Of a stretch of DNA of 64,000 bases, positions 37,842 to 47,518 are shown piece by piece. How positions within the stretch are numbered: the stretch's first letter is position 1; the number at the start of each line of letters is the position of its first letter. Origin of the DNA: an uncultured Bacteroidota bacterium (GTDB lineage Bacteria > Bacteroidota > Bacteroidia > AKYH767-A > OLB10); assembly GCA_900696575.1 (NCBI GenBank), contig CAADHD010000025.1, forward strand, positions 85,753 to 149,752. The letters run 5' to 3'. The notes beneath the pieces were generated by a model, which did no database searches, had not been told where the DNA came from, and worked only from the letters and a program-made list of their open reading frames with translations. The position numbers and the translations under genes are program-made.

Positions 37842-38387
37842 TCAGGTAATTCCTTTTTCGGGATACTTTCCTTTAATGGTTCTGAAAAAGTCAAGAATCA
37901 TGGGTAAATCGGCTTCCAATGTTCCTGAAGGATAAAACGGCTCATGAATGCGGACTTCGCGTGAAGGATAATCAAAACCTACCATCAGAATGGGAATGTT
38001 AAGTCGGGTTGCAATGTGATAAAATCCGGTTTTAAGTTTATTGGTCTTGCTTCTTGTTCCTTCAGGGGCAATACAAATAGAAAACTCCTCATACCGGTTG
38101 AAAATACCGGCAACTTCCTCAACCATATTGGCACTTCTGGAACGATCAACCGGATAACCGCCCAGGTATCTGAAAACAATACCAAACGGAAAACGAAACA
38201 ATTCTTTTTTGCCGAGATAGCGGGTGTTAATTTTAAGAATGCTTCGTGCAGCAAGACCCACCAGAAAATCCCAGTTGCTGGTATGAGGTGCAACTATCAT
38301 GACGTACTTCTGAATTTCATAGGGAAACCGTCCGGTTATTTTCCATCCGGCTTTCTCAAAAAGGAATTTATAAATCAGTCGGAACAA
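37842..38387 (-). CDS. lysophospholipid (1-acyl-sn-glycerol-3-phosphate) acyltransferase, PlsC family
   Basis: Acyltransferase HX4D motif HTSNWD and the PEGTR block. Confidence 0.7.
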   Translation of the reverse strand: MFRLIYKFLFEKAGWKITGRFPYEIQKYVMIVAPHTSNWDFLVGLAARSILKINTRYLGKKELFRFPFGIVFRYLGGYPVDRSRSANMVEEVAGIFNRYEEFSICIAPEGTRSKTNKLKTGFYHIATRLNIPILMVGFDYPSREVRIHEPFYPSGTLEADLPMILDFFRTIKGKYPEKGIT

Positions 38388-38461
38388 GGAGATTTGTTTA
38401 TGAAATCTTCTGCGATGTTACACTATAATTTTGAATTGAACTTTAACTGCCAGCGGGGAAT

Positions 38462-40681
38462 TCAATAGATAGTAAACCTCAATCCAGCGTAAAACATCCG
38501 TCCTGTAACCGGGCCCCAGAGAATACCTGTATCAAAATCATTTCCGAACGGATAATCCGGATTGATGACAGGATTATGCTGCCGGTAATCGCCTATATTC
38601 TCTGAGCCTGCATACACATCCCATTTTCCGCTCATGTAAGTAATCTGACCCAACGAGCGGAAAAAAGCCGGAGCTTCCGTTATGGCAGGCTCGTCATGCA
38701 AATGATGGTCAGCCTTATGATCTATGAATGGCGGCAATTTCTGTTTTCCTGAATACTGTAAAGTAAAATCAGCTTTCCATTTTCCATTGGGTGTTTCATA
38801 AGCGGCATTAAACAAAGCACGCTGCTGCGGATTTAATGGTTTTTCCATCAGTTTGCCATTAAATGTGGTTTTAACCTCATTGTACTTCCAGGCTGCTTTT
38901 AGTTTTAGATTGGTAATGGGTTCGTACATGATTTCGGCCTGCAAACTGTTTGAATAACTTTTTCCGTTAAGGTTATAGATATAAGCAGTACGGGTTTCTG
39001 TGTATAAATCAACAATGGTTTGATTCAGGAATTCTGTACGGTAAGCATCAATGGAAAACTTAGCTTCTCTTCCATTGACCAGAAAACAGAGAGCATAATT
39101 GAGTCCTGCATTCCAGGCATGTTCTGCTTTAAGTTTTTCGGTAATGATGATTTGCTTTGAAGAAGCCGGCAGAAAAGTATTTTCAGCAAGAATATGCGGA
39201 GTATGATGTCCGCTTCCGGCTGAGGCCCTGATGGATGAATTTTCCGAAATTTTATACCTGGCATGCAAACGCGGATTAACAAACCAGTCGTATTCGCTGT
39301 TGTAATCGGCACGGATGCCGGGCACAATCGTCCAGTGGTGCAAATCATCATAGGTAAATTCGAAGAAAGCGCCCGGAACAATTTCTTCGCTTACCATCAG
39401 TAAAGAATCAAGATGGTCATGATAGGTATCGGCCATAAAACTAAGTCCGGTTCTGAACTTATAGCGTGTATCACCAATAACAGACTGGTAAATGAGGTTG
39501 GAATAAAAAGTCTGCTCCTGCGCATCATAGTTCCGTAATCCGTAATAAGCATCCGTTTGATGATGAATATAGGAAAGCTGCAGCCCGATACTTTGGTATT
39601 CACTGTTTGGAAAACTGTAGCTTGTTTTAGCAAACGTTTCGAGCCGGCCGGTTTCAATGCCTATGCCGTAATAATTAGTTGTAAGTTTATCGGTTTTCGG
39701 GTTAAAGCGTATGTCTCCGGCCGAACGGTCATCCTTCAGGTAGCGGATTCCGAACATACTTTCTAATCTTTTTCCGGAGTCAAACTTCCACCGGTTCATA
39801 ACCTGATACTGTTTATTGAGCGGAACATCAAGAAAATTATCATGGTTGTGGTCCATTTTATTCTGCATTACATTTCCGCTGAGCAAATACATGGTACTCC
39901 AACTGCTGTCAAGCCTGAAACTCTGCAACATGTTTGATTCGAATCGCCCTTCATTATTGCCGTATAAATTCAGAAAAAATTTTTCAGCACGTTCAGGCTT
40001 TTTCAGTTCGACATCAATCTGGCCGGTAATGGATTCATATCCGTTTACCACACTGCCATTTCCTTTCGAAACATAGATATTTTCCACCCAGGATCCCGGA
40101 ATAAAATTAAAACCGAAACTTGTATTCAGCCCGCGGATATGGGGAAGTACATCCACCAGCGACTGAACATACGTTCCTGATAACCCCAGCATCTGAATTT
40201 GCCGTGCACCGGTTACGGCATCAGAGTAAGAAGCATCAACCGTTGGGTTCGATTCAAAACTTTCACTCAGGTTACAACAGGCATTTTTCTCAAGTTCAGT
40301 GGTAGTAAGCACTTCTGTTTTTAACGGGTTTACCTGCGATATGTAGGTATCAGGACGGCTTCCTTTTATTTCCACCCCTTTCAGTGTAACAGCATCTTTT
40401 AATACCACTTTGTTATTTGTTCCTTCTGCCGGAATGGTATCATTAACAAAACCAACAAAACTGATCACAAGTTTATTTACAGATGGACCGGGTTTATCAA
40501 GACGAAAACTGCCGTCATTGGCAGTGAAGGTTCCGGTAGTGGTACCCGGAAAGTAAACGCTGGCACCGGCCAGCGGTACTTCCTTATTGTTCTCTTTGGC
40601 TAAAACCCGCCCCGTTACCTGCTGTGCAAAAAGTATTTGCCATTGCAGTAAGAGCATAACGGCTATAATTATTTTTTTCAT
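38462..40681 (-). CDS. TonB-dependent outer-membrane receptor with an N-terminal carboxypeptidase-regulatory-like domain
   Basis: Signal peptide MKKIIIAVMLLL. The track start at 40762 is an upstream Met, and the 5' coordinate here is approximate to within a few nt. It has a plug domain, a beta-barrel and a C-terminal aromatic residue. Confidence 0.8.
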   Translation of the reverse strand: MKKIIIAVMLLLQWQILFAQQVTGRVLAKENNKEVPLAGASVYFPGTTTGTFTANDGSFRLDKPGPSVNKLVISFVGFVNDTIPAEGTNNKVVLKDAVTLKGVEIKGSRPDTYISQVNPLKTEVLTTTELEKNACCNLSESFESNPTVDASYSDAVTGARQIQMLGLSGTYVQSLVDVLPHIRGLNTSFGFNFIPGSWVENIYVSKGNGSVVNGYESITGQIDVELKKPERAEKFFLNLYGNNEGRFESNMLQSFRLDSSWSTMYLLSGNVMQNKMDHNHDNFLDVPLNKQYQVMNRWKFDSGKRLESMFGIRYLKDDRSAGDIRFNPKTDKLTTNYYGIGIETGRLETFAKTSYSFPNSEYQSIGLQLSYIHHQTDAYYGLRNYDAQEQTFYSNLIYQSVIGDTRYKFRTGLSFMADTYHDHLDSLLMVSEEIVPGAFFEFTYDDLHHWTIVPGIRADYNSEYDWFVNPRLHARYKISENSSIRASAGSGHHTPHILAENTFLPASSKQIIITEKLKAEHAWNAGLNYALCFLVNGREAKFSIDAYRTEFLNQTIVDLYTETRTAYIYNLNGKSYSNSLQAEIMYEPITNLKLKAAWKYNEVKTTFNGKLMEKPLNPQQRALFNAAYETPNGKWKADFTLQYSGKQKLPPFIDHKADHHLHDEPAITEAPAFFRSLGQITYMSGKWDVYAGSENIGDYRQHNPVINPDYPFGNDFDTGILWGPVTGRMFYAGLRFTIY

Positions 40682-40767
40682 TGTTAAATGATTTAAACGT
40701 TTGCATGGAAATAAAGTTGATGAATAAAAGGGGTTTATTTGGCCAATGGCCATGCAAAACATTTAAA

Positions 40768-41124
40768 TCAAATTCTCAGAACTGTGGTTTTGGTTGATTC
40801 AAAAAACAGTAGCGGATCAGGATTATAACCTGTCTTAAAATCATTCGAATAACAATCCTTGAGGGGTGCAGAAAAAACGGATACTGTAAAGGGAATAAAA
40901 TCAAATGCAGAAAAAATTTTGGATTCCGACTGTTTAACCGTTTCAATGGTCAGCCTGATGACCTTAATGTCTTTTTTGCAGCAATCGTCATTGCAGTTGC
41001 TGCAACAGGCATAATTCGCTGTGGTTTTTCCGGCAATCATGCAGTAGTGGTTCACCACATACACTCCGGCTGTAGCCGTGAGCAGGATTACCGGAATAAA
41101 AACCGACAGGAATTTTTTCATCAT
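40768..41124 (-). CDS. small secreted cysteine-rich protein
   Basis: Signal peptide and the cluster CMIAGKTTANYACCSNCNDDCC (seven Cys in 22 residues). Confidence 0.4.
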   Translation of the reverse strand: MMKKFLSVFIPVILLTATAGVYVVNHYCMIAGKTTANYACCSNCNDDCCKKDIKVIRLTIETVKQSESKIFSAFDFIPFTVSVFSAPLKDCYSNDFKTGYNPDPLLFFESTKTTVLRI

Positions 41125-41130
41125 AAAAAA

Positions 41131-41439
41131 TTAATGGTTATGACCTTCGTGATTGTCATGATCGTGAGCAGCAGTATCGGCTGCAACAGGTTCAGCATTC
41201 ACCTTTACTTCGGTTAATTCCATACCGCACACCGGGCAATTACCGGCAGCAGCAAACATTTTTCCATCGCATTTCATCGGGCATTCCCAATACGACTCAA
41301 GGCCATCAGTGCTGGTAATTTCTGCAGGAACATTTTCAATTGCCGGCTCCTGTTGTACTTCCTGTTTCTGTTCGCCTGAACCACAGGCAGCAAACATTAA
41401 AGTCATAATGCCTGCCAAAAGATAAGTTTTTATTTTCAT
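41131..41439 (-). CDS. lipoprotein with a heavy-metal-binding domain (CxxC...CPxCGM) and a His-rich C-terminus
   Basis: Lipobox LMFAAC, then ECPMKCDG...CPVCGM and the tail HDHDNHEGHNH. The start was set at the ATG (MKIKTYL), because the track start at 41463 is a TTG. Confidence 0.55.
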   Translation of the reverse strand: MKIKTYLLAGIMTLMFAACGSGEQKQEVQQEPAIENVPAEITSTDGLESYWECPMKCDGKMFAAAGNCPVCGMELTEVKVNAEPVAADTAAHDHDNHEGHNH

Positions 41440-41460
41440 ATCATCTAAATTTTGGATGGG

Positions 41461-41468
41461 CAAATGTA
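41461..41468 (-). promoter_or_regulatory. -7 promoter box TACATTTG (minus strand) for the HMBD-lipoprotein/Cys-rich/TonB-receptor operon
   Basis: Perfect TAnnTTTG match 22 nt upstream of the ATG at 41439. Confidence 0.3.
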
Positions 41469-41564
41469 CATAACCATTCCGTTCTTAAAAATACTTCTTT
41501 ATTTATCGAACTATATATCTCATTCATTTTTCACCTTCGCAGCATCTAAATAAAATTTCCGGCA

Positions 41565-42272
41565 ATGAAAATCATACTTATTGGTTACGGTAAAATGGGC
41601 AAAGCAATAGAACAAGTTGCTGTGGATAAGGGACATGAAGTCATACATACAATCACATCCTCAAATAAAACCGAATTAAACCCAGATCTGATTCGCAAAG
41701 CCGATGCTGTGATTGAGTTTACCCGGCCTGATTCTGTTTATGAAAATCTGAAGCTATGTATTGATGCCGGTATTCCTGTAGTTAGCGGTACCACAGGCTG
41801 GATAGAAAAGCTGAATGAAATGGAACAATACTGTTTACAGAAGGATGGTGCCATGCTATGGGCCTCTAATTTCAGCATAGGAGTCAATATATTTTTTGAG
41901 ATTAATGAAAGGCTGGCTCAATTACTTGCAGGGCAGAATTACCAGGTTGATATAAAAGAGACTCATCATATTCATAAACTTGATAAACCCAGCGGAACGG
42001 CCATTACCCTTGCCGGAAAATTTATTGAGGCTGGAGTCTACCAGGGCTGGAGTCTGGAAAATGAAAAAAATAAGCTTCCGGTTATCTGTGAAAGAAAAGA
42101 TGAAATTACAGGCATTCATACAGTTAATTGCATTTCGGATGACGACAGAATTTTATTAACCCATGAAGCCTTCAACAGGAAAGCATTTGCCAAGGGTGCA
42201 TTACTGGCAGCAGAATGGCTCCAAGGAAAAAGGGGCGTATTCAGCATGAAAGATGTTATCAGCAAAAGCTGA
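41565..42272 (+). CDS. dapB: 4-hydroxy-tetrahydrodipicolinate reductase
   Basis: N-terminal Rossmann motif IILIGYGKMGKAI and the DapB C-terminal domain; 235 aa. Confidence 0.85.
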   Translation: MKIILIGYGKMGKAIEQVAVDKGHEVIHTITSSNKTELNPDLIRKADAVIEFTRPDSVYENLKLCIDAGIPVVSGTTGWIEKLNEMEQYCLQKDGAMLWASNFSIGVNIFFEINERLAQLLAGQNYQVDIKETHHIHKLDKPSGTAITLAGKFIEAGVYQGWSLENEKNKLPVICERKDEITGIHTVNCISDDDRILLTHEAFNRKAFAKGALLAAEWLQGKRGVFSMKDVISKS

Positions 42273-42354
42273 AAAATAAAGATTGCCTGCTATTATATTT
42301 TTCACGTATTTTGCTGACGAACCGATTATTATTAAAACTTCAAATTCAACTTTT

Positions 42355-45300
42355 ATGAAAAAATTAATTCTGATTTTATGGGCTTTCATTTTCTTTTTTC
42401 AATCGCATGCTCAGGTATTAAGAGGGACAGAAGCCATGCTTGCAGTACCGGGAAGCGAAACTGTGCGCATGGATGATCATGCACTCACTCCGTTGCATGT
42501 TGTTTATGCACGTAATCAGCAACCCTCATTTACTCAACCTGAGAAATTTTTAAAAGAACAATTTTCGCTTCCTTCTTCTTTTGGATTAGAAATCCTTTCG
42601 ATGGAAGAAGATCAAATGGGAATGAAACATTATCGCTACAGGGCTACATCTGATGGAATTCCCATCATAGGTTCTATGTACCTCTTTCATACCGAAATCG
42701 GGAAAATTAATTCATTTAATGGCTTTATTCCTAAATATGTTCCGGCAGTTAAGCCGAAGCCTTCCATTATCCGTGACCAGGCGCTGAATATTGCCCTTAG
42801 CCATATAGGAGCTGCCACTTATAAATGGCAAATGCCGGCCGAAGAGGCATTTCTTAAAGCAGAACAACATAATCCTAATGTTACCTTTTATCCCGAAGGA
42901 AGATTAGTTTATGCTCCGAAAAGTATTGAAGGAATTGAAACCGAATTTGTGCTGGCATGGGAATTTGATATCTATGCTCATGAGCCTATGTCAAGACGGC
43001 AGATCTATGTTGATGCGATTACCGGAAACATTGTTCACGAAAATGATTTGATTCATCATGCCGATGCAGCCGGTACTGCAGTAACTGCTTATGTTGGTAC
43101 AAAACCGATAACTGCCGATTTTACAGGAAGTACCTATCGCCTGCGTGAAACGGGTAGAGGCCTTGGAGTAGAAACTTATAACCTTCAGAAAGGAACGAGT
43201 TATGCTGCAGCCGTTGATTTTACAGATGCCGATAATTACTGGAACAATGCAAATGCAAACCTTGATCAATATGCAGGAGATGCACATTATGGCGCTGAAA
43301 TGACTTATGATTATTACTTTAATACCTTCGGAAGAAACAGTATTAATAATGCCGGTATGAAGCTGCTTAGTTATATTCATTACAGCACCAATTATGTTAA
43401 TGCTTTCTGGGACGGATCAAGAATGACTTATGGTGATGGCAACGCTTCTTATACTCCGCTAACATCCCTTGATATTTGCGGGCATGAAATCACTCATGGA
43501 CTTACTACCTTTACGGCTAACCTGAATTATTCGTATCAATCAGGGGCATTGAATGAGTCGTTCAGCGATATTTTCGGAACAGTGATTGAGTTCTATGCTC
43601 ATCTTCCTACAGCCGACTGGCTTATTGGTGAAGATATCGGCTCTGCTTTCCGCAGCATGTCAAATCCTAATGCTTATTCAAATCCTGACACGTATCTGGG
43701 AACCTACTGGTACACCGGAAGCGGTGATAATGGCGGTGTTCATTACAACAGCGGAGTTCAGAATTACTGGTTTTACCTGCTTACACAAGGCGGCAGCGGA
43801 ACCAACGATATAGGCAATTCATTTAATGTAACCGGTATCGGGATGAGCAAAGCTGCAGCTATTGCCTACCGAACTTTGACAGTTTACCTTACTCCTACTT
43901 CTCAGTATGCCGATGCACGATATTATTCTATTCAGGCTGCACAGGATTTGTACGGACCTTGCTCGCCAGAAGTAATTTCTACTACCAATGCATGGTATGC
44001 AGTAGGTGTTGGTGCTGCTTTTTCAGCCACTGTAAATGCTGATTTTACCGCATCAGCAACAACAACCTGCAATGTTCCGTTCACGGTTACTTTTACCAAC
44101 ACTTCTACCAATGCCAATGTTGCCAACTGGTCTTTTGGCGATGGCGGTACAAGCACTCAATATAATCCTACTTATACCTACAACACCCCCGGAACTTACT
44201 CTGTAACATTGACTGCCAGCAGTTCCTGCGGAACAAATACAACAACAAAAACAAACTACATTGTCATCAATGCTCCCGCTGCTCCTCAGGCAAACGATGT
44301 GGTAAGTTGCAGCCCTGCCAGTGTAACGCTGAATGCAACAGGAAGCGGGTCTTTATTCTGGTTCAATCAGGCTTCAGGAGGCACACAGCTCGGAACCGGC
44401 AACAGTTACACAACCCCGGTGCTGAATAATACCACAACTTATTATGTTGAAAACCGGGTTGCACAGCCAAATCAGAATGTTGGCCCGTCAACCTATAATT
44501 TCGGACAGGGTGGATTCCATAATAATTCCACTGCACAATATCTAACATTTACCGTTCAGCAACCTTGCACCCTCGTTTCTGTTCTTGTTAATTCAGGAGC
44601 AGCAGGAACACGCAATATAGTTTTATGGAACGCACAGGGAACAGTGTTGCAAACAATTCCTGTCAATTTTGCCTCAGGTGTACAGACTGTTACGTTGAAT
44701 CTGGCGCTTAACCCGGGTTCTTATCGTTTAGGCGGCTCATCCATGAACCTTTACCGAAATACCAGTGGTGCATCATATCCCTACTCCATCAGTAACCTAA
44801 TCAGTATAACCGGAGCATCGGCCGGCAGCTCCTATTATTATTACTACTACAATTGGCTTGTTCAGCCGCAGGCATGTGTAAGCGCGCGCACCGCAGTTAA
44901 TGCTATTATCAGCAATTCTTCGGCATCGCTTTCCTCTTTACCTCCTGTTTGTGAAGGATCTGCTTCTTTTGCTTTAACAGGTGGTAGTCCTGCAGGCGGA
45001 ACCTATAGCGGAACCGGAGTTTCAAATAATTTTTTCAATCCTTCTGTCGGACCCGGCAATTACACCATCACCTACTCTTATGCGGATGCGTATGGCTGCA
45101 TTCGAACAGCCTCTTCTTCACAAACAGTTAATGCATTGCCAACCGTTAATGCCGGTTCTTATAATCCTGTATGTGTAAATGAAGGCGCTGTACAATTATC
45201 AGGAATGCCCTTAGGCGGAACTTTCAGCGGAACAGGAGTAACAGGAAATCAGTTTAATCCTTCTGTTGGCCCTGGTACTTATACCATCAGTTATTCTTAC

Positions 45301-46680
45301 ACCGATGCCAACGGATGCAGCAACAGTAACTCCACTTCAATTATCGTAAATGCTTTGCCAACTGTAAATGCAGGAAGTTATCCGGCAGTTTGTAATACGG
45401 CTGCTCCCGTGCAGCTTAATGGGACACCCTCAGGCGGCACCTTCAGCGGAACCGGAGTAAGCGGAAATCAGTTTAATCCTTCTGTCGGTCCCGGCACATA
45501 TATTCTAACATACAACTACACCGATGGAAACGGTTGCAGCAATTCTGCCACAGCATCAATTACCGTTAATGATTGCTCATGTAATCCGCCATCACAACCC
45601 GGAAGTATTTCCCAAACCGGTACACCATCAAAAGTTTGTCCGGGCGAAATAAGAAATTATTCAGTGCCTGCCGTAAGCGGAGTTTCCTATCAATGGACAG
45701 TTCCTAATCCCGGAGCAACCATTCTAAGCGGACAAGGATTCAACAGTATTTCCGTTTTGTTTGACAGTCAGCTTCCCAATTCAAGTGTTATCAGTGTTGT
45801 TGCCATAAATGCCTGCGGAAGCAGTATTGCCAGAACGCGAACCATTACAAAAAATACACCTTCTATTCCATCCGTTATCAGTGGTCCTGCTTCCGGAACC
45901 TGCAATTCACAACAATCTTATTCTATAACAAATGTAGCAGGTATTACATATAACTGGTGGTTTGATAACCCGACAAGCGCAACTGTGATTACAGGACAGG
46001 GTACAAATGCCATAACGGCCGCATTCCTGAATAACTTTACATCTTCCAAACTTAATGTAACAGCCAATAATCAATGTGCATCAAGTGCGGTGAGATCCAT
46101 AACTGTTAAAGGCGGACCGGGAACTCCTCCTGCAGTTACAGGCCCGACTGGAGTTTGTTTGAATCAACAAGCTGTTCCTTACAGCAGCGGCCCTGTTAGC
46201 GGTGCTAGCGATTATCAATGGACTGTCCCTTCAGGAGCACGAATCAGTGATGGAGTAAATACTTCAACTTCAACCACGCTTATTACCACTGCCACTGCAG
46301 TTACCGTTAACTGGAAAACCACAGCAGGTAACGTCAGAATGGTAGCCAGAAACACATGCGGATCAAGTTCTGTTTCTCTATTAGCCGTATCTTTTGTTTG
46401 CAGGGAATCTGTCCATGAAACATTCTCTCAATTTGAACTTAATGCCTATCCGAATCCGGTGAAAGAGCAATTTATGCTGAATTTAATTTCAAGTTCAGAA
46501 GAACCGATACAAGTGTTTATTAATGATGTAACCGGACGTGTCATTTCAGAAACAGAATTAACTGCTAAAGCCGGCAACTCTGAATACTCATTTAACGCAG
46601 AAAGTTTATCGCCCGGAGTTTATTTCATCACGGCCATTCAGGATGGAATCTCAAAAACAATCAGAATTATAAAACAATAG
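42355..46680 (+). CDS. T9SS-secreted M4 (thermolysin-like) zinc metallopeptidase with a propeptide, a PKD domain, three tandem 73-aa repeats, further Ig-like domains and a Por C-terminal sorting domain
   Basis: Signal peptide MKKLILILWAFIFFFQSHAQ, zinc motif HEITHG plus the downstream NESFSD, and a PKD motif WSFGDGG. The C-terminal roughly 80 aa match the T9SS CTD pattern (ending GVYFITAIQDG...IRIIKQ). Confidence 0.85.
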   Translation: MKKLILILWAFIFFFQSHAQVLRGTEAMLAVPGSETVRMDDHALTPLHVVYARNQQPSFTQPEKFLKEQFSLPSSFGLEILSMEEDQMGMKHYRYRATSDGIPIIGSMYLFHTEIGKINSFNGFIPKYVPAVKPKPSIIRDQALNIALSHIGAATYKWQMPAEEAFLKAEQHNPNVTFYPEGRLVYAPKSIEGIETEFVLAWEFDIYAHEPMSRRQIYVDAITGNIVHENDLIHHADAAGTAVTAYVGTKPITADFTGSTYRLRETGRGLGVETYNLQKGTSYAAAVDFTDADNYWNNANANLDQYAGDAHYGAEMTYDYYFNTFGRNSINNAGMKLLSYIHYSTNYVNAFWDGSRMTYGDGNASYTPLTSLDICGHEITHGLTTFTANLNYSYQSGALNESFSDIFGTVIEFYAHLPTADWLIGEDIGSAFRSMSNPNAYSNPDTYLGTYWYTGSGDNGGVHYNSGVQNYWFYLLTQGGSGTNDIGNSFNVTGIGMSKAAAIAYRTLTVYLTPTSQYADARYYSIQAAQDLYGPCSPEVISTTNAWYAVGVGAAFSATVNADFTASATTTCNVPFTVTFTNTSTNANVANWSFGDGGTSTQYNPTYTYNTPGTYSVTLTASSSCGTNTTTKTNYIVINAPAAPQANDVVSCSPASVTLNATGSGSLFWFNQASGGTQLGTGNSYTTPVLNNTTTYYVENRVAQPNQNVGPSTYNFGQGGFHNNSTAQYLTFTVQQPCTLVSVLVNSGAAGTRNIVLWNAQGTVLQTIPVNFASGVQTVTLNLALNPGSYRLGGSSMNLYRNTSGASYPYSISNLISITGASAGSSYYYYYYNWLVQPQACVSARTAVNAIISNSSASLSSLPPVCEGSASFALTGGSPAGGTYSGTGVSNNFFNPSVGPGNYTITYSYADAYGCIRTASSSQTVNALPTVNAGSYNPVCVNEGAVQLSGMPLGGTFSGTGVTGNQFNPSVGPGTYTISYSYTDANGCSNSNSTSIIVNALPTVNAGSYPAVCNTAAPVQLNGTPSGGTFSGTGVSGNQFNPSVGPGTYILTYNYTDGNGCSNSATASITVNDCSCNPPSQPGSISQTGTPSKVCPGEIRNYSVPAVSGVSYQWTVPNPGATILSGQGFNSISVLFDSQLPNSSVISVVAINACGSSIARTRTITKNTPSIPSVISGPASGTCNSQQSYSITNVAGITYNWWFDNPTSATVITGQGTNAITAAFLNNFTSSKLNVTANNQCASSAVRSITVKGGPGTPPAVTGPTGVCLNQQAVPYSSGPVSGASDYQWTVPSGARISDGVNTSTSTTLITTATAVTVNWKTTAGNVRMVARNTCGSSSVSLLAVSFVCRESVHETFSQFELNAYPNPVKEQFMLNLISSSEEPIQVFINDVTGRVISETELTAKAGNSEYSFNAESLSPGVYFITAIQDGISKTIRIIKQ
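44899..45567 (+). repeat. three tandem intragenic repeats, with units of 231, 219 and 219 nt
   Basis: Repeat unit N-A-[IL]-P-T-V-N-A-G-S-Y ... G-T-[FY]-S-G-T-G-V-[ST]-[GN]-N-Q-F-N-P-S-V-G-P-G-T-Y ... G-C-S-N-S. The nucleotide starts are at 44899, 45130 and 45349. Confidence 0.7.
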
Positions 46681-46702
46681 ATTCGCTGATTAATCTTAAA
46701 GC

Positions 46703-46736
46703 AAAGGCTGTTCTACCGAACAGCCTTTTCTTTTTC
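46703..46736. terminator. bidirectional rho-independent terminator between the convergent genes
   Basis: An 11-bp stem AAAGGCTGTTC / GAACAGCCTTT with loop TACC, followed by TCTTTTTC on the plus strand. Confidence 0.7.
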
Positions 46737-46750
46737 AAAGCGATGAAGAA

Positions 46751-47113
46751 TTATTTTTTATCGCGCATAAACAGATAGCGTGTAATAAAGATACCGGTAC
46801 TTTTATCTGCGCTGTAAACTCCGGGGGTGATGTGTTTCAGTTCCCAGCCTTCGCGGTACAGATCACCAATTTTATCGGCAATGATTTTATCATTCAGTCT
46901 TACATTGCCGAAATTAATTCCGGTAAACGAAAAGAAGTTTTCCAGCTTGATTTCGTCCATGCTTCCGTCAGGTTTATGTGTAATCATCCGCGAACGGCCT
47001 AAACCTCCGGGAACAACGGATTCAACAGTGGTTACCTGCAGAAATTCTTTCTCCTGCGCAAATAATGTTATGGCCGTTATGGCCAAACAAACAGTAAGGA
47101 TTGATTTTTTCAT
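46751..47113 (-). CDS. hypothetical secreted protein or lipoprotein
   Basis: Signal peptide MKKSILTVCLAITAITLFAQ. Confidence 0.4.
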   Translation of the reverse strand: MKKSILTVCLAITAITLFAQEKEFLQVTTVESVVPGGLGRSRMITHKPDGSMDEIKLENFFSFTGINFGNVRLNDKIIADKIGDLYREGWELKHITPGVYSADKSTGIFITRYLFMRDKK

Positions 47114-47137
47114 AGATATGATGTTTGAAGCTTAAGT

Positions 47138-47503
47138 TTACAGTATCGGAGAAATCCGTTTCAGCCTGCTGTCAACATACAGCATGATGGTAAAACGGTT
47201 ATCAATGGCCACAGCCGGCAAATTAAACTCACGGCATGCACGGATGATTTCCTCATTGATGGATGAGGTAAGTCCTTTTTTAAGAATAACATCGGTAACT
47301 CTTCCGCTGTCGGCCGTCAGAATCATGAGCATCTCTCCGGCAATGCCATTGCTGATTTCCTCTTCCTGAAAAATCACATGCTCATTAAGATGGGCAATCA
47401 GCGCCTGATTTACTTTGTAAAAGGCAGATTGTGCCGAAACATGACGGATAGTAAGCACAAAAAAGACCGGAAAAATTTTTCTGATGAAAAAATCCATAAA
47501 CAA
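47138..47503 (-). CDS. hypothetical secreted protein
   Basis: Signal peptide with cleavage after VSAQS. Confidence 0.35.
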   Translation of the reverse strand: MFMDFFIRKIFPVFFVLTIRHVSAQSAFYKVNQALIAHLNEHVIFQEEEISNGIAGEMLMILTADSGRVTDVILKKGLTSSINEEIIRACREFNLPAVAIDNRFTIMLYVDSRLKRISPIL

Positions 47504-47518
47504 TTCCTTTGTGAAAAC

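Noticed and set aside
41440-41463. Track start (TTG at 41463) for the HMBD lipoprotein, and the TTG start at 63977 for the last ORF
   Set aside because: The track evidently accepts TTG as a start. The lipoprotein has an in-frame ATG at 41439 followed by a lipobox signal peptide and preceded by a -7 box. The last ORF has no in-frame stop up to nt 64000, so it is simply truncated by the window edge.
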